Part shown: one piece after another, positions 1 to 12,240 of the stretch
How positions within the stretch are numbered: position 1 is the first letter of the stretch
Layout: every line of letters starts with the position of its first letter
Origin: Octopus sinensis
Lineage: Eukaryota
Direction of reading: 5' to 3'
Assembly (NCBI RefSeq): GCF_006345805.1
Contig: NC_042999.1
Span: 72,602,001 to 72,666,000, forward strand
DNA length: 64,000 bases
Made by a program: the position numbers and the translations under genes
Notes under the pieces: model-generated
What the model saw: the letters and a program-made list of their open reading frames with translations, nothing else
What the model was told of the DNA's origin: nothing
The model's database searches: none

Positions 1-671
1 AATCACCGAAGGCTAAGCCCTCAACAAAAATCGACATAACTTCTTTTTTTTTTTTTATCTCATCTGGCTCTGCAATGTTTAAAACTATTCCGAAATAAAT
101 CCAAGGTACCTGGCCAAATTCCTGCAAGAAATACCAGATAAACTACCAACCACGTGTTTCGATTAACAGCTCCTTGCTATATGGTACCTTTAGCAGAGAC
201 CATTCTCTCGCAAGTATTCGGGTCATGTCAGCGGCTTGAGAATACCTTCTCTCCATCTCACACCAGTTTCGGGAGCCCAGTAATGAGTTATGACCACAGC
301 GCTTTCCTCATGACTAAGAGATTAAAAAAAAAATAGATGCACATTCGCAGCTGAAACATCTCTAGAGTTTTTGTGTTATTAAGATCGATTATGAAGGACA
401 AGTAAAAGCTGGGCAGAGAACAAGGTGTTGCCTGTAAACGTTGGCCCACGAAACCCTTGACACGACAGGAATAGCAGAAAAGCCATCAAAAACAACGTAG
501 ACACTTCTAAAAAAGCATCTAGATCAATGTTTCTCAATTATTTTTTATCTATAGACCCTTTTGATTCTTATTCTACTTTACTGGTCCCTCATAGGCATTC
601 GATGATTAAGAAATCTTATTACATTTTTATAATTAAATATTATTAAAAATTCATTTATTATTTCTGTTATT

Positions 672-862
672 TATTTGTCATTTGATTGCGGTTATGCTGG
701 AGTACCACTTTGAAGGGTTTAAGTCGAATAAATCGACCCCGAGACTTATTTTCTAAGCCTAGTACTTATTCTATCGGGTTCTTTTGCCGAACTGCTTGGT
801 TACGGGGGCGTAAACACACCAACAACGGTTGTCAAGAGGTGGTGGGAGGGCAAACACAGACA
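672..862 (-). mobile_element. tRNA-derived SINE family A, 3' half
   Basis: Matches the 3' half of the near-full-length copy at 55311-55721 (gtcatttgactg...tagtacttattctatc...gtcaag...caaacacagac). Confidence 0.75.
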
Positions 863-932
863 GAGAGTTACACACACGTACACACACACATGTATGCACA
901 CACACACACATATATTTATACATACATACAGG

Positions 933-971
<39 letters not shown>

Positions 972-1329
972 CAGTTGGTTCTTCGTTACAGTCGAGGGTC
1001 ACCAATTGTAACGGTTGCTGTAAAGGTGTTGGTTGCTGGTATGCAAGACGGAATAAGAACAGTGATCGAAGTTGTTAAGAAATATTTATTTACCGTCACT
1101 TCGTATAATACCATGCCTCGACGGGCAGGTGTTTGTATCATATAAAAACAATAGAGTTATCTTTTCTTGTATGTTGTTGCTGGTTATGTTTGGTCAACTG
1201 CTAGCTGCCTAACTAGAAATTAGAGGAAGATAGAGTGAATGTTAAGTGTAGGGCGTCGATAAAATGATACCGTCATTGTGCCTGACATTTAAACATCAGT
1301 GGTGTTGTGATAAGACAATGTATCATAGT

Positions 1330-1710
1330 TAACAATCTCACTGTAAGCCTTCTCTCAGTTGAATTATATCACTAACTGGATTCTGCCTGTGGTCGCCTTT
1401 GCATCATCTCCTTTTTGCCAATTCACTTTTTCCTACGGTGTTTTAGTATTTATAATCATCCAAACTAGTTTGAAGGAGAAGTATATTGTTGAGAAAAATG
1501 AATTCCGTTGGCGGTCTGTTATCTCCATTCTAGCTTTTGGTGGCCTAGAAGAGGTTAGAAGGCTCAAGTGGCAAAGACATTATTTTGCTTAGCGAAGGCA
1601 TCTGGCAAATGTAACTCCTGTCACTCACAGAAAAACTATTGGTTGACCATGAGAAAAGTGGTGCTGAATTGTTAAGAGAAATTCGGCTACCGAGGATCGA
1701 ATCCACAGTA
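1330..1710 (-). repeat. Unclassified dispersed repeat, copy 1
   Basis: Reverse complement shares blocks (gtggattcgatcc, aaaataatgtctt, aacctcttcta, caccaaaagctagaat, gagataaca) in the same order with 34120-34370. Confidence 0.55.
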
Positions 1711-1743
1711 TGTCTGCATGAAACTACTACACACACACGCACG

Positions 1744-1811
<68 letters not shown>

Positions 1812-1814
<3 letters not shown>

Positions 1815-1983
1815 GACGGGCTTTTTTCGCATTCAGCCTACCAAATCCACTCACAAGGCTTTGGTCGGTCCGAGGTTATAGTAGAAGACACTCGCCGGAG
1901 GTGCCACACAATGGGACCGAACCCGGAACCATGCGATTGTGAAGCTAACTTCTTACTGCACACCCACGCCTACACCTGTACTG
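1812..1983 (-). mobile_element. tRNA-derived SINE family A, 5' half
   Basis: acgacgggctt...aaatccactcacaaggctttggtcgg...aacccggaaccatg...cacgcctac matches the family A head. Confidence 0.75.
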
Positions 1984-3315
1984 TATATAAAAAAAAATTG
2001 TTAGAATATTTTGTATATTGTGCCCCCCACCCAAGATACGATCCTGATGTGTCTAAATATTGCAGCTGCAGGTGAACGTTGAAAACGCTAGTGTATAATA
2101 TTAATTTTATTAATCTAAGAATGAGATAAATAGTAACAGCTTTCATGTTACTTTCTTTATAGCCAGTTATACTGGTTTCTTTACATAGACACAATAACAA
2201 ACTTTTATCACAATAGCAATAGGAATACGTAACGTCTATGGGCTTTTGTTATGTATATACACTTCAATGTTTAAGAGTAACGAAACAAATTCATGAATCG
2301 GAATATTGTTGAGGAAATTCGGTTCGAAGGGAGCTTACTCATGCAGTTTTTTAAATTTTTCTTTTTTTGTTTTAACAAGCAAAGTACGTGGTTAGTTCTA
2401 AAATCTCTATGGTATGTAAATAGTAACAATACTGAAAAATAATGTTTGTTGCCACTTCAACATGGCTGTTCGGCACGGAACTACGTTACAACCATTTTTT
2501 TTAAACTCCAGGAGGACATCTCCTCCAGCTGGTTAACGACACAACCTGTGAGATGTTCTCTTTGCTGGTTGCAAAATCAGCGGCTGAATGTCGCTTATTT
2601 TTCTATATATTGCGAGCTAGGACGAACGACTGCCTTGTCTAACAGACAAGTGTCCAGTACTGCCAAAGGGAAATACCCTGAAACCAGATTGGTATACTGA
2701 TCTGGTCATCGCTAAATGGTAGGGGTTCGCTCCCCTGCTCGCATTATATTGGACACAGGTTGTACCGTTAACCAGCTGCAGATGGCTTTCTGGGGTTTAA
2801 AAAATGTTTGTTCCGTACGGAACAGTCATATTTAAAGTGGCAAAACATTACTTTCTGCTTTTGTTACCATTTACATCTCATACAGAGATTTTAGAACTAG
2901 CTGCTTAACTTGTTGCAAAATCAGCGGCTGAATGTCGTATGTTTGTTGAAGTGGTAACAAACATTACTTTTCTTCTTTTTTTTCTTCTACTGTTTCCGTA
3001 CTATACTGCACACAACTGGACATCTTAGAGCAGTTGCAGTTGCATAACAGAGACGGGGAGGTTGCAGTGGTGGAAGTGAGTGGGTTCAGTCTGTCTACAT
3101 TTCCAGGAAAAGGGACTTTGTAAGTAATCCAATGACGTTTCTCACAGCTCAACAACACAGCCGACTCAGAAAGGCAGAGAGACGGAGAAACAGACACAAA
3201 GACAGAAACAGACAGACAGAAACAGAGAGAAGGGAGAGAGGAGAAAAGGAAGAGGAGGAGAGAGAAGTTGATAGAGAAGTGTGAGGAGGGAGAGAAGGGA
3301 AAAGCGGGAGGGTAT

Positions 3316-3652
3316 AAGGCGGCGAGCTGGCAGAAACGTTAGCACGCTGGGCGAAATGCCTAGCGGTATTTCGTCTGCGTTACGTTGTGAGTTCAAATTC
3401 CGCCGAGGTCGACTTTACCTTTCATCCTTTCGGGGTCGATAAATTAAGTACCAGTTACGTACTGGGGTCGATGTAATCGACTTAATACCTATGTCTGTCC
3501 TTGTTTGTCCCCTCTGTGTTTAGCCCCTTGTGGGTAATAAAGAAATAGAAATAGGTATTTCGTCTGCCGTTACGTTGTGAGTTCAAATTCCGCCGAAGTC
3601 GACTTTCATCTTTTCTGTGTTTAGCCCCTTGTGGGTAGTAAAGAAATAGGTA
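3316..3652 (+). mobile_element. tRNA-derived SINE family B (MetaSINE-like core) with internal partial duplication
   Basis: ggcggcgagctggcagaaacgttagc head and cctttcatcctttcggggtcgataaattaagtaccag core; the ggtatttcgtctgc...cccttgtggg segment is present twice. Confidence 0.75.
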
Positions 3653-4261
3653 TAGAGGGAGAATGGAGAGGGTGAGAGAAGCGAGAGGAAGAGTAAGAGA
3701 GGGGGAATCAATCTCGTACTAGACTGGTTCTTTATTTATCGACCCTGGAACTCATGATACCAGCCTCGCCTTTATTATCTGCAGTAAGGAAATTAACTCA
3801 GCTCTGCAAAACAAACGAAATAATCAATTCCACATTGCTGCCTTATAACGCTAGTTTACAACCTTGAGTTACCTATTCGGAACTTGAATCAACGAGAGGG
3901 CTTTGTGCGTCAGAAATAGCAGCCAAATATCCTTCATACTATTGTAGTCTTACATGCATTGTGTTAGCGGAACAAAGAAATGTGGTCACGGGTGAAATTA
4001 TTTTGACCAAAAGTTTGCTTGATTTGGGCGAACTTGGAGAAACCACAGTCGAGAATTCAGTGCAGTGACATTGCTCAGAGCTTGTGACTAGATACGAAAC
4101 CATGGACCCCAGGTTTGATGTTAGATACATTACCGATTCACCTCTGAAGGCACACTTGTTATAATTGATTTACAACACTTAATAACCGTTTTGTGTTTCA
4201 TATCATTTATTCGTAAGCGTTCGGTAAACAAATAGTATTATATAATGTTACAATACTATAT

Positions 4262-4338
<77 letters not shown>

Positions 4339-4495
4339 ATTATGTTATTATATATTAATTTATATATTATTATTATTATTATTATATAAAAAAAAATTCT
4401 ACATTTATGGAGAAGATGGAAGGTAACTGTATTGGCATTCAGTACTGATTATAGAAATGACAGTGAAATTTATACGGCAGGTACTGCTTGGTACT

Positions 4496-4580
4496 TCACT
4501 CGTTTTTTGGCCTTTTAAAAGCGCCTTCCATTCCCCAGACATCGTCACCTTCAGCAGCGTCATCTTTCGAAGGAGGGCAG
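4496..4580 (-). CDS. Terminal coding exon 3 of secreted cysteine-rich peptide precursor: (F)CPPSKDDAAEGDDVWGMEGAFKRPKNE*
   Basis: Strong acceptor ctgtttctcttttttttctctctctttctgcag|C. The phase-2 join TT|C gives Phe, then the 8th Cys (even Cys count) and TGA at 4498-4496. Possible AATAAA at 4211-4206. Confidence 0.85.
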
Positions 4581-5045
4581 CTGCAGAAAGAGAGAGAAAA
4601 AAAAGAGAAACAGTAAAGTAAAGATTACAGCATGGAGAAATGCGAAATTCGAAATATGAAAGTTATTCAATAATATGTTAAATTGTGAAGGTGGAATATA
4701 TATATATATAATAAGGCGGAATATATATATAAAATAAGCAACAAGAATGGATATATATATATAATAAAGGGTAAAATTAACTAATTAATTAATAATTATT
4801 GATAATTTTACCAAGTAGTTTCGGCATGTTAAAAGAACCATAATTGGTAAACTTAAAGAACGATTTTTTTTTATAATTATGAGTATAATTATAATTAGGG
4901 AGATTCTCTTATTGTAGAGAAATAGCTAGGTGTCTGACTGCTGTTTCTACATTTTCGTTATGTGGTGAAGCAAATTTTTTTGCTGAACCCTAATTATAAT
5001 TATACTCAAAATTATAAAAAATTGTTATATATATATATTTTTTTT

Positions 5046-5092
<47 letters not shown>

Positions 5093-5101
5093 GGTAAAGA
5101 C

Positions 5102-5300
5102 CCCCTTCGGTCATGAATGACCATGGGATTGCACCTAGAAAGTTACCCTCCTAGACACAAGTCCGGGCAAGGTTGTTTATGGAAGACGAGCAGTCGCCCA
5201 TGCATACCAGCCTCCCCTCTCCACACCACCAGTGTTATCCAAAGGAAAGACAAAGGTCGATACAGCTTGGCACCAGTGACGTCGCAACTCATTTCTACAG

Positions 5301-5304
<4 letters not shown>
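5102..5304 (-). mobile_element. SINE family C-related fragment (3' part)
   Basis: Near-identical to 50315-50490; that copy continues into gagtgaactggag, matching the core of 7081-7402. Confidence 0.65.
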
Positions 5305-5385
<81 letters not shown>

Positions 5386-5511
5386 TAATGAACCTATTTC
5401 CTACGATGAGGATGAATATTCCAGAATAGGAGGCGAGCATTTTTGTAAGAAGTAAGCTTTTGATGTAGTCTTGGTCAAGACTAAGCGACTACTAATATCC
5501 CGCAAATGTAA

Positions 5512-5722
5512 GGCGGCAAGCCGACAGAATCGTTTGCATACTGCGTAAAATGCTTAGCGGAATTTCATCTGATTTTATGATCTGAGTTCAAATTCTGCCA
5601 AGGTCGATTTTGCGTTTCATCCCCTCGAAATCGATAAAATAAGTACCAGTTGTGCACTATGGTCGATGTAATTGATTAGCCCCCTCCACCGTAATTGCTC
5701 GCCTTGTGCCAATATTTGAAAC

Positions 5723-5764
<42 letters not shown>

Positions 5765-5960
5765 GGCTGCGAGCTAGCCGAATCGTTAACACGCAGAGTT
5801 AAATACTTAGCGGCATTTTGTCCGTCTTCACAATCTGATTCCGCTGAAATCAGCTTTATATTTCAGCTTCTCGGGGTCGATAAAAGGTGCCAGTTGGGCA
5901 CTGGGGTCGATGTAATACCCCCAAATTACTGACCTTGTGCCGAAATTTGAAACCGATATC
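5512..5960 (+). mobile_element. Two tandem family B SINEs separated by (ATT)n
   Basis: Two heads (aaggcggcaagccg, aaggctgcgagctagccg), each with the gtcgataaaa-gtaccag core. Confidence 0.7.
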
Positions 5961-7080
5961 CCACAAGTGTAATTTGTATTCTATTTCTCGGCAGTATATA
6001 TCTGAATTGTGATTATCAACGAGCATTAATTGTTCCTTATATATATATATATATATATATATGACAGAGAAATAGCTTTGATGAAATTTTAGTCTAATAC
6101 CTCAACAAATTGTTTCGTAGCTTAAAGATATGTAAATAATTTATATTATTATATTTAATAATAAATAAATTACTTACATGCCTGCATTAATGCAAAATGC
6201 AAAACTCTTTCAAAATAATAACGTTTTTTCTTGAATCGTACAATATATTCTGTTTTGTAGAGTAATACACTACGGAGCTTTTTTTATGAGTACTACTGGA
6301 TTACTTGAATCCATATATTGTGACTTAAATTTATATACACACACAAACACGCACACACATACACGTATGCATATACGTATGTTCACGCACTTACGTAAAT
6401 ATGTCATCATTCGGTATATTTGGGACTCTATTTTCCAATGTATCTTTCCATAATAAAAGATGTAATTTGAAGGAATTGTAGTTACTATATCTAGCAGATG
6501 GAACACCCTAGCAGAGACTTTCTCTCGTTGGCTTGAAGTAAATTTCGTCGTTGTTGAGACATGGCCTAATAAAACTTTGATGAATAGTGTTCTAACAGTG
6601 ACAATACTGTTATTTGCTTTTCAGGAATTACATTGTTCAATATAGCTTTTAAGATGGTAGTGAATGATTAGGAAAGATTTTGCTGTTATTTTTAGCAAGG
6701 TCAAAGACCATGTATCAGTCTGTTTTACAGTTTCAATTTCATATCTTCATAGTAGGTAGCTGAAGTAACAGGTTAGTTAGTTCATCAATCATCTTTAAAG
6801 TTTTATCTTAGTTAGGGGAGGGAGGATAGAAGAAAAGATTGCGCTTACATTTATAAATATCGGCACGTTTTATGCATTATTATTATTATATAGTCATATT
6901 TTTCACTAATGATGTCTTTCTTTCACTCAAAACTAGAGAAAAGGTCATGCTAAAGTAATTTTCGATTGATTAATTTTCTTCCATCAAATCTATACGCCAT
7001 ACTCTAGCAGAAAAGACAATAATCCCTGAGGGATGTTATTACAGTCATGCATTTCCTAAGAGCATATGTGACATAAGTGT

Positions 7081-7402
7081 GAAGGCGCGTGGCTTAGTGG
7101 TTAGGGCATGCGGCTCACGATTGTAAGGTCGTGAGTTCGATTCCCGGCGACGCGTTGTGTCCTTGAGCAAGACACTTTATTTCACGTTGCTCCAGTCGAC
7201 TCAGCTGGCAAAAGTGTGTTGTACCTGTATTTCAAAGGGCCGGCCTTGTCACACTTTGTGTCACGCTGAATCTCCCTGAGAACTACGTTAGGGGTACGCG
7301 TGTCTGTGGATTGCTCAGTCACTTGCACGTTAATTTCATGAGCAGGCTGTTCCGTTGATCGTATCAGCTGGGACCCCCGTCGTCGTAACCGACGGAGTGC
7401 TC
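7081..7402 (+). mobile_element. tRNA-derived SINE family C (CORE-like domain)
   Basis: Box A (tggcttagtgg) and box B (gagttcgattcc), followed by ttgtgtccttgagcaagacactttatttcac and a non-tRNA tail. Confidence 0.75.
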
Positions 7403-7607
7403 CTCTATGACATAAGTTAGATGCACCACCTCCATCCGTCACCTCATTTTAACCCCTCTCCTCCCCATCTGACTCATGGGTATCTTTATTTGAAATAATC
7501 TGTTTTTAATCTCCGGCCTGAGAATACCTTTCCTTCTTCTTCCTCCCTCCAGTATCATTTATTATCTGACAAGGAAATAAATAATGTTTTTTGTTGTTTT
7601 AACTCAC

Positions 7608-7798
7608 AAAAACGTGTCGGCTGAACAGGCAGTTTTGAAACAGCTCTTGAAACTGGTGCAACAATCATCCTTAGAGTTTGTTTTGCGACATTCATGGAAC
7701 TGAGTTTCACATAGAGTGTAACATTGTGCGGCAGGGTTGGTAACTGCAGATGCTGCAACCACTAGTCCCAAAAGGAAAACAACGAACAGAGTTTTGAC
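7608..7798 (-). CDS. Exon 2 of secreted cysteine-rich peptide precursor: VKTLFVVFLLGLVVAASAVTNPAAQCYTLCETQFHECRKTNSKDDCCTSFKSCFKTACSADTF
   Basis: Acceptor aatttaatttaatttttctttcag|G and donor TT|GTGAGT flank a 191-nt stop-free frame encoding a hydrophobic signal peptide (A-S-A cleavage motif) and 7 Cys; ends in phase 2. Confidence 0.9.
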
Positions 7799-8188
7799 CT
7801 GAAAGAAAAATTAAATTAAATTTAGAAAAAAATATATAGCGGTGCTCCAGCTTGGCCGCGGTCAAATGACTGAAACAAGTAAAAGAAGAAAAAATGTAGG
7901 TTCCACTACGTGGTTAAGAAGCTCGCATTGCAACAACTCGTTTTCGGGTTCAATCCCATTATGCGACACCTTGAGCAAGTGTCTTCTACTACAGCACCAG
8001 GTTGACTGACTGATTGATTGATTGATTGATTGATACAAATCTAGAGGCCTATAATCAATTCGATGATTATTGCAAGTCTTCAGCTGTTACAAGTTTGGTG
8101 CGTGCGGAATTCTTCAATAAATACATTCTTCTCTTTTGTCGGCACACGTAGTTTATCAATATATACAAAGGGACACACACACACACAC

Positions 8189-8219
<31 letters not shown>

Positions 8220-8263
8220 TGTATGTATGTATGTATGTATGTATGTATGTATGTATGTATGTA

Positions 8264-8294
<31 letters not shown>

Positions 8295-8329
8295 ATGTAT
8301 GCATGTATGTACGTACGGATTATGTCAGG

Positions 8330-8720
8330 TCACTTTCGAGTGCTACTGGTAACATGTAACCCAGTACAACCTGTTGCATGGTCGGGTCGTCGGCGACTAA
8401 ACCGGCAACCTCACCAAGCTTGCTTGGTGAGGAGGATGTTTATTGGACACCCTGCGGGATGAAAAACAATATCCGTCAAAGGGCGGAGGAACTCTTGAGA
8501 GTCAACGGCCATCCAATAAATGTCTTAAGGATGTATCATGCGCAGGGACATAGAAATAATCGGACTGAATACCGGATCGCGCGGTTAAACCATTGGAAGT
8601 GAAGGACTCCTAGCCTTTGTTAAGGCAGCCTTCTAGGAGAAGGTAACTCAGGTAACTGGGATAACTCCGACATAAAACCTGCGGCTCAGTGGTTACCGAT
8701 GATGTTGACTAGTTCTTCTT
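8330..8720 (+). mobile_element. Probable 5' UTR fragment of an RTE-class LINE
   Basis: GC-richer island with an aaggcagccttctaggagaaggtaactc...aaacc motif that I associate with RTE 5' ends; no coding support. Confidence 0.35.
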
Positions 8721-8869
8721 TTTGGATTATGGCTGCTGTTGCTTAGTGAGTGGGATTGACTCAGTGCACAGCCTTTCCTCATTTTAAAAAGAATCTTCTT
8801 GCACAGGCATTGCACGATATCAACATTAATTAAGCTTCGTGCAATGGCCATACTCGATAACGAGGGGGC

Positions 8870-9630
8870 AGCCACCATGTATATACGTATGTGTATATCT
8901 GCATGTATATGTGTGTACTTTTGCGCTTGTCTATGGCCCACACCGCTTGAAAACCGGTGCTGGCTTGTTTACGTCTTCATAACTTCGCATTTCGGTCAGA
9001 AAGAGCCTTTTAAAAAAATAAGTACTGAGATCGATTTGTTCCACTAAATCGTTCAAGCCGATGCTCCAGTATGACCGCCGTTCAATGACTGAAGTAAATA
9101 AAAAGATAGAAGGTAAAATTACCTGTATAATTTTACTTGACTCAAAATTATTTTTCAGAGCATTTTACAACGTGATGGATGGAGCACGTGTAGTTATTGC
9201 ATTTTTACTAAGAGTTTAGGTTGTTTGCCAGCAATCTGATATGACATTGAAGTAAGCTGGTAACTGAGTCATGCGCGTGCGCCAGTCTAATCAGAATTTG
9301 TTTTAAAAGGCTGTGTGATTAGAAACTTGCTTCCCAACCACATAGTTCCAGGTTCAGTTCCACTGTGTTACCCCTTTGGAAAGTGTCTTCTATAGCTTCG
9401 GGCCGACCAAAGCTTTTTGAGTGGATTTGAGAGACAGAAACTGAAGGCGGCGAGCTGGTAGAAACGTTAGCACGCCGGGCGAAATGCCTAGCGGTATTTT
9501 GTCTGCCGTTACGTTCTGAATTCAAATTCTGTTGAGGTCAACTTTGCCTTTCATCCTTTCGAGGTCGATGAATTAAATACCACGATCGTAAGCTTGACGA
9601 TCTAACCACTGAGCCATGCGCCTTCACAAA
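8870..9630 (+). mobile_element. SINE cluster: family A 3' half (8870-9100), family A head fused to family B (9310-9580), inverted family C head (9585-9630)
   Basis: Segment matches to the other A, B and C copies in the window. Confidence 0.65.
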
Positions 9631-10403
9631 AGTATCTTATAAATGGCAATAGTATCTTATAAAAGAAGCTATCACGAGATTAGTGTCGTAATGCCAGTAT
9701 TGCAATGTGACCAGGAAGAACACTTGGCTCTTAATAGTACGCTCCACTTGCTCAAAATTGCCGCCTTAAGATGATACCATTGATGAGAGAAATGAAAAAT
9801 TGTATTTTATGTGTATTTACTTGGGCTAAACGCCACCAGTTTGACTTACTCTACATGAAAATTTCAATGGTGCCCCTACAATCTAATAGTATCATAACTT
9901 ACCGTATAATGGCGATAGACACAAAAGATGAAAATCGTGTTCGTGCATACTATTCACAAAATAGTAGTTGCACTTCAAGTAAAACGAAAAGTTCAAAACA
10001 AGTTAGATATTCTCTTCATTAGCGGTATCAAGTAACCGACTATCGTTTTTGTATCGCATACAATAGATTTCCTATTACTTCTTTATGCTAAAATCTTTAA
10101 GACTGTGAATCTTGTCTCTAAATACTATGCTTTAATATCGAATACACAGCTGCACAACATAATTTAAATGGTTTCCATTGTCCCAGATAAAATGACAGTT
10201 GCTTATTCAGTGAGTCAAGTTAATAACACACACACAAATAATAAAAAATATATATATCCGCATTATATAGACATTACTGACATCTATTACACATTAGTAA
10301 TATTTTACTTAGAATAACTTAGGCATCTTTACAAAGTTTCTGTGACTATTGAAGGAGTTTTGCTCTTATACCACGACACTTGATGTAATTCGTAAACGAC
10401 GAG

Positions 10404-10636
10404 CCGGCGAGCTGGCAGAATCGTTAGCACGCCGAGCGAAATCCTTAGCAGTATTTCGTCTGCCGCTACGTTCTGAGTTCAAATTCCGTCGAGGTCGACT
10501 TTGCCTTTCGTCCTTTCGGGGTCGATAAATTAAATACCAGTTACGCACTGGGGTCGATATAATCGACTTAATCCGTTTGTCTATCATTGTTTGTCCCCTC
10601 TGTGTTTAGCTCCATGTGGGTAGTAAAGAAATAGGT
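10404..10636 (+). mobile_element. Family B SINE, near full length
   Basis: ggcgagctggcagaatcgttagc head, core, and cccctctgtgtttagc...gtagtaaagaaatagg tail. Confidence 0.8.
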
Positions 10637-11499
10637 ATAATTCGTAAATGACAATGAAAATGGAATAGATGAGGTGTTTTCCTTTCATTTTTATCTTCCC
10701 CATTATGAAGCAGATCACTTCTCATACCACTAATACAACCGATGTTCTTTCTACAAGAGGCATTCAAGATTTGATTATGTATTTGTTTTTCTGTGTTTTA
10801 CCCATTTATGCTGCGGAATGAGACGCAGATAAAATTAAGTCTTGGAAATGCCCGATTTCTAGATCTCCTAAAAAGCAAAGTCACTGGGGAGGCTTTCCCT
10901 GTACATACTGCATGCTTTTAGGAAGATTTGAGTACAGAAAGGCGTTTAGTTTTCCTGCTATGAACAGTACTCCACTAGGTATACTGAGCTAACAACTGTT
11001 AAAGAAGTGTCTTTACTTTGATCCTAAAGATACTTTAATCCCAGCGTAACATCGCTGATTATATAATTATTTCAGTGGCTTGTAATGCTATGTTCAGTTT
11101 CTTTCGAAGAAAAATTACATGCTATGAACCAGCATCCAGCAATAAACCTCTATTTAAGGAGTCGCTTATTTCGCATCTAAGGTCACTGGAGATAAACATG
11201 CTGATTCAGAAATAATTAAATCGCCAGCAAGAACACGTAGAAATTGCTTATTTAAATTGGGGTGGTGGGGGCTTGTCTTTTTTTTTTTTTGTTATGTTTT
11301 GTTTTGTCTTTGCTGGGGGTGGTTTATTTTTTCAAAAAATTATTAGGAAAATAAGCGTGGTTCCACATTAGGGTTTGTTTTGTTTTGTCTTGTTTTTCCG
11401 GATGCAAACAGTATTTTTGCTTCTGAAAGAAATGAAAGTCGGCGGAAATGGAAAGAAATAAAATTTTTGGTGAATATATCATCTGTGAAAGTGCAGTGG

Positions 11500-11870
11500 A
11501 TGGGAAGATTTAACAGAGCGTTGGACAAAATACCTTGTGATATTTCTTCCGTTTCTTTATGTTCTGAGTTCAAATCTTGCTAAGAATAGCTTTGTCATTC
11601 ATCCCTCTAGGTCGATAACTAACAATCAAAAATGGTTTTTAAAGGATCGGTGTCAGGCAGAATAGATAGAGCGTTGGACAAAATGTCTTGAGGCATTTCC
11701 ACCAGCTGTTTACGTTCTGAGTTCAAATCCCGCCGAGATCAACTTTGCCTTTCATCCTTTCGGGGTCGATAAATTAAGTACCAGTTGTGTACTGGGGTCG
11801 ATGCAATCGACTGCCCCTCCCCACCTCACAAAATTTCAGGCCTTGTGCCTACAGCTGAAAGTATTGTAAC
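11500..11870 (+). mobile_element. Two diverged family B SINE copies
   Basis: agagcgttggacaaaat...ctgagttcaaat motif occurs twice; the second copy has an intact core. Confidence 0.6.
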
Positions 11871-11875
11871 TGAAC

Positions 11876-11910
<35 letters not shown>

Positions 11911-12064
11911 GTGTGTGTGTGTTTATTTCCGGCTCACTAGATTAAGTATAATAGCTTCACATAACTATATGTTCTTGTGGAAAGCACCCGAGGGTATTTT
12001 CCCACACTCAAACTCACTCACACTCATACATATATGTATGTGTGTGTGTATTTATGTACGTATG

Positions 12065-12240
12065 TCTTTACTTTTTTCACTTGTTTCAGTCATTGGACTG
12101 CAGCCATACTGGGGCACCTCCTTGAATGATTTAGCCACACAAATCGACACCAGTACTTTTAAGTCTATCGGTTTCTTTTGGCGAACCGCTAAGTTATGAA
12201 AGTGTAAACAAGCGATGGTGGCGGGGGCAAGCACAAACGC
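12065..12240 (-). mobile_element. Family A SINE, 3' half
   Basis: tttcacttgtttcagtcattggactgcagccatactgg...gaaccgctaagtta matches the family A tail. Confidence 0.65.

Noticed and set aside
1-560. 60-aa ORF 154-336 and a possible LINE fragment
   Set aside because: No convincing motif in any frame; left unassigned.
2676-2712. gaaa-hairpin-tcatcg as a hammerhead
   Set aside because: Core elements are in the wrong order and orientation on both strands.
2964-3197. Plus-strand exon candidate 3030-3119 (donor TT|GTAAGT) and minus-strand ORF with CNCNC
   Set aside because: No recognisable protein, no compatible partner exon, and the pyrimidine tracts derive from simple repeats.
7081-7155. tRNA-like sequences (also 32141, 41887 and the family A/B heads)
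   Set aside because: Box A/B heads run into SINE cores and lack a complete cloverleaf; called SINEs, not tRNA genes.
7555-7758. 67-aa ORF MQHLQLPTLPH... on the minus strand
   Set aside because: It is an alternative frame over exon 2; the spliced frame has the signal peptide, Cys pattern and splice sites.
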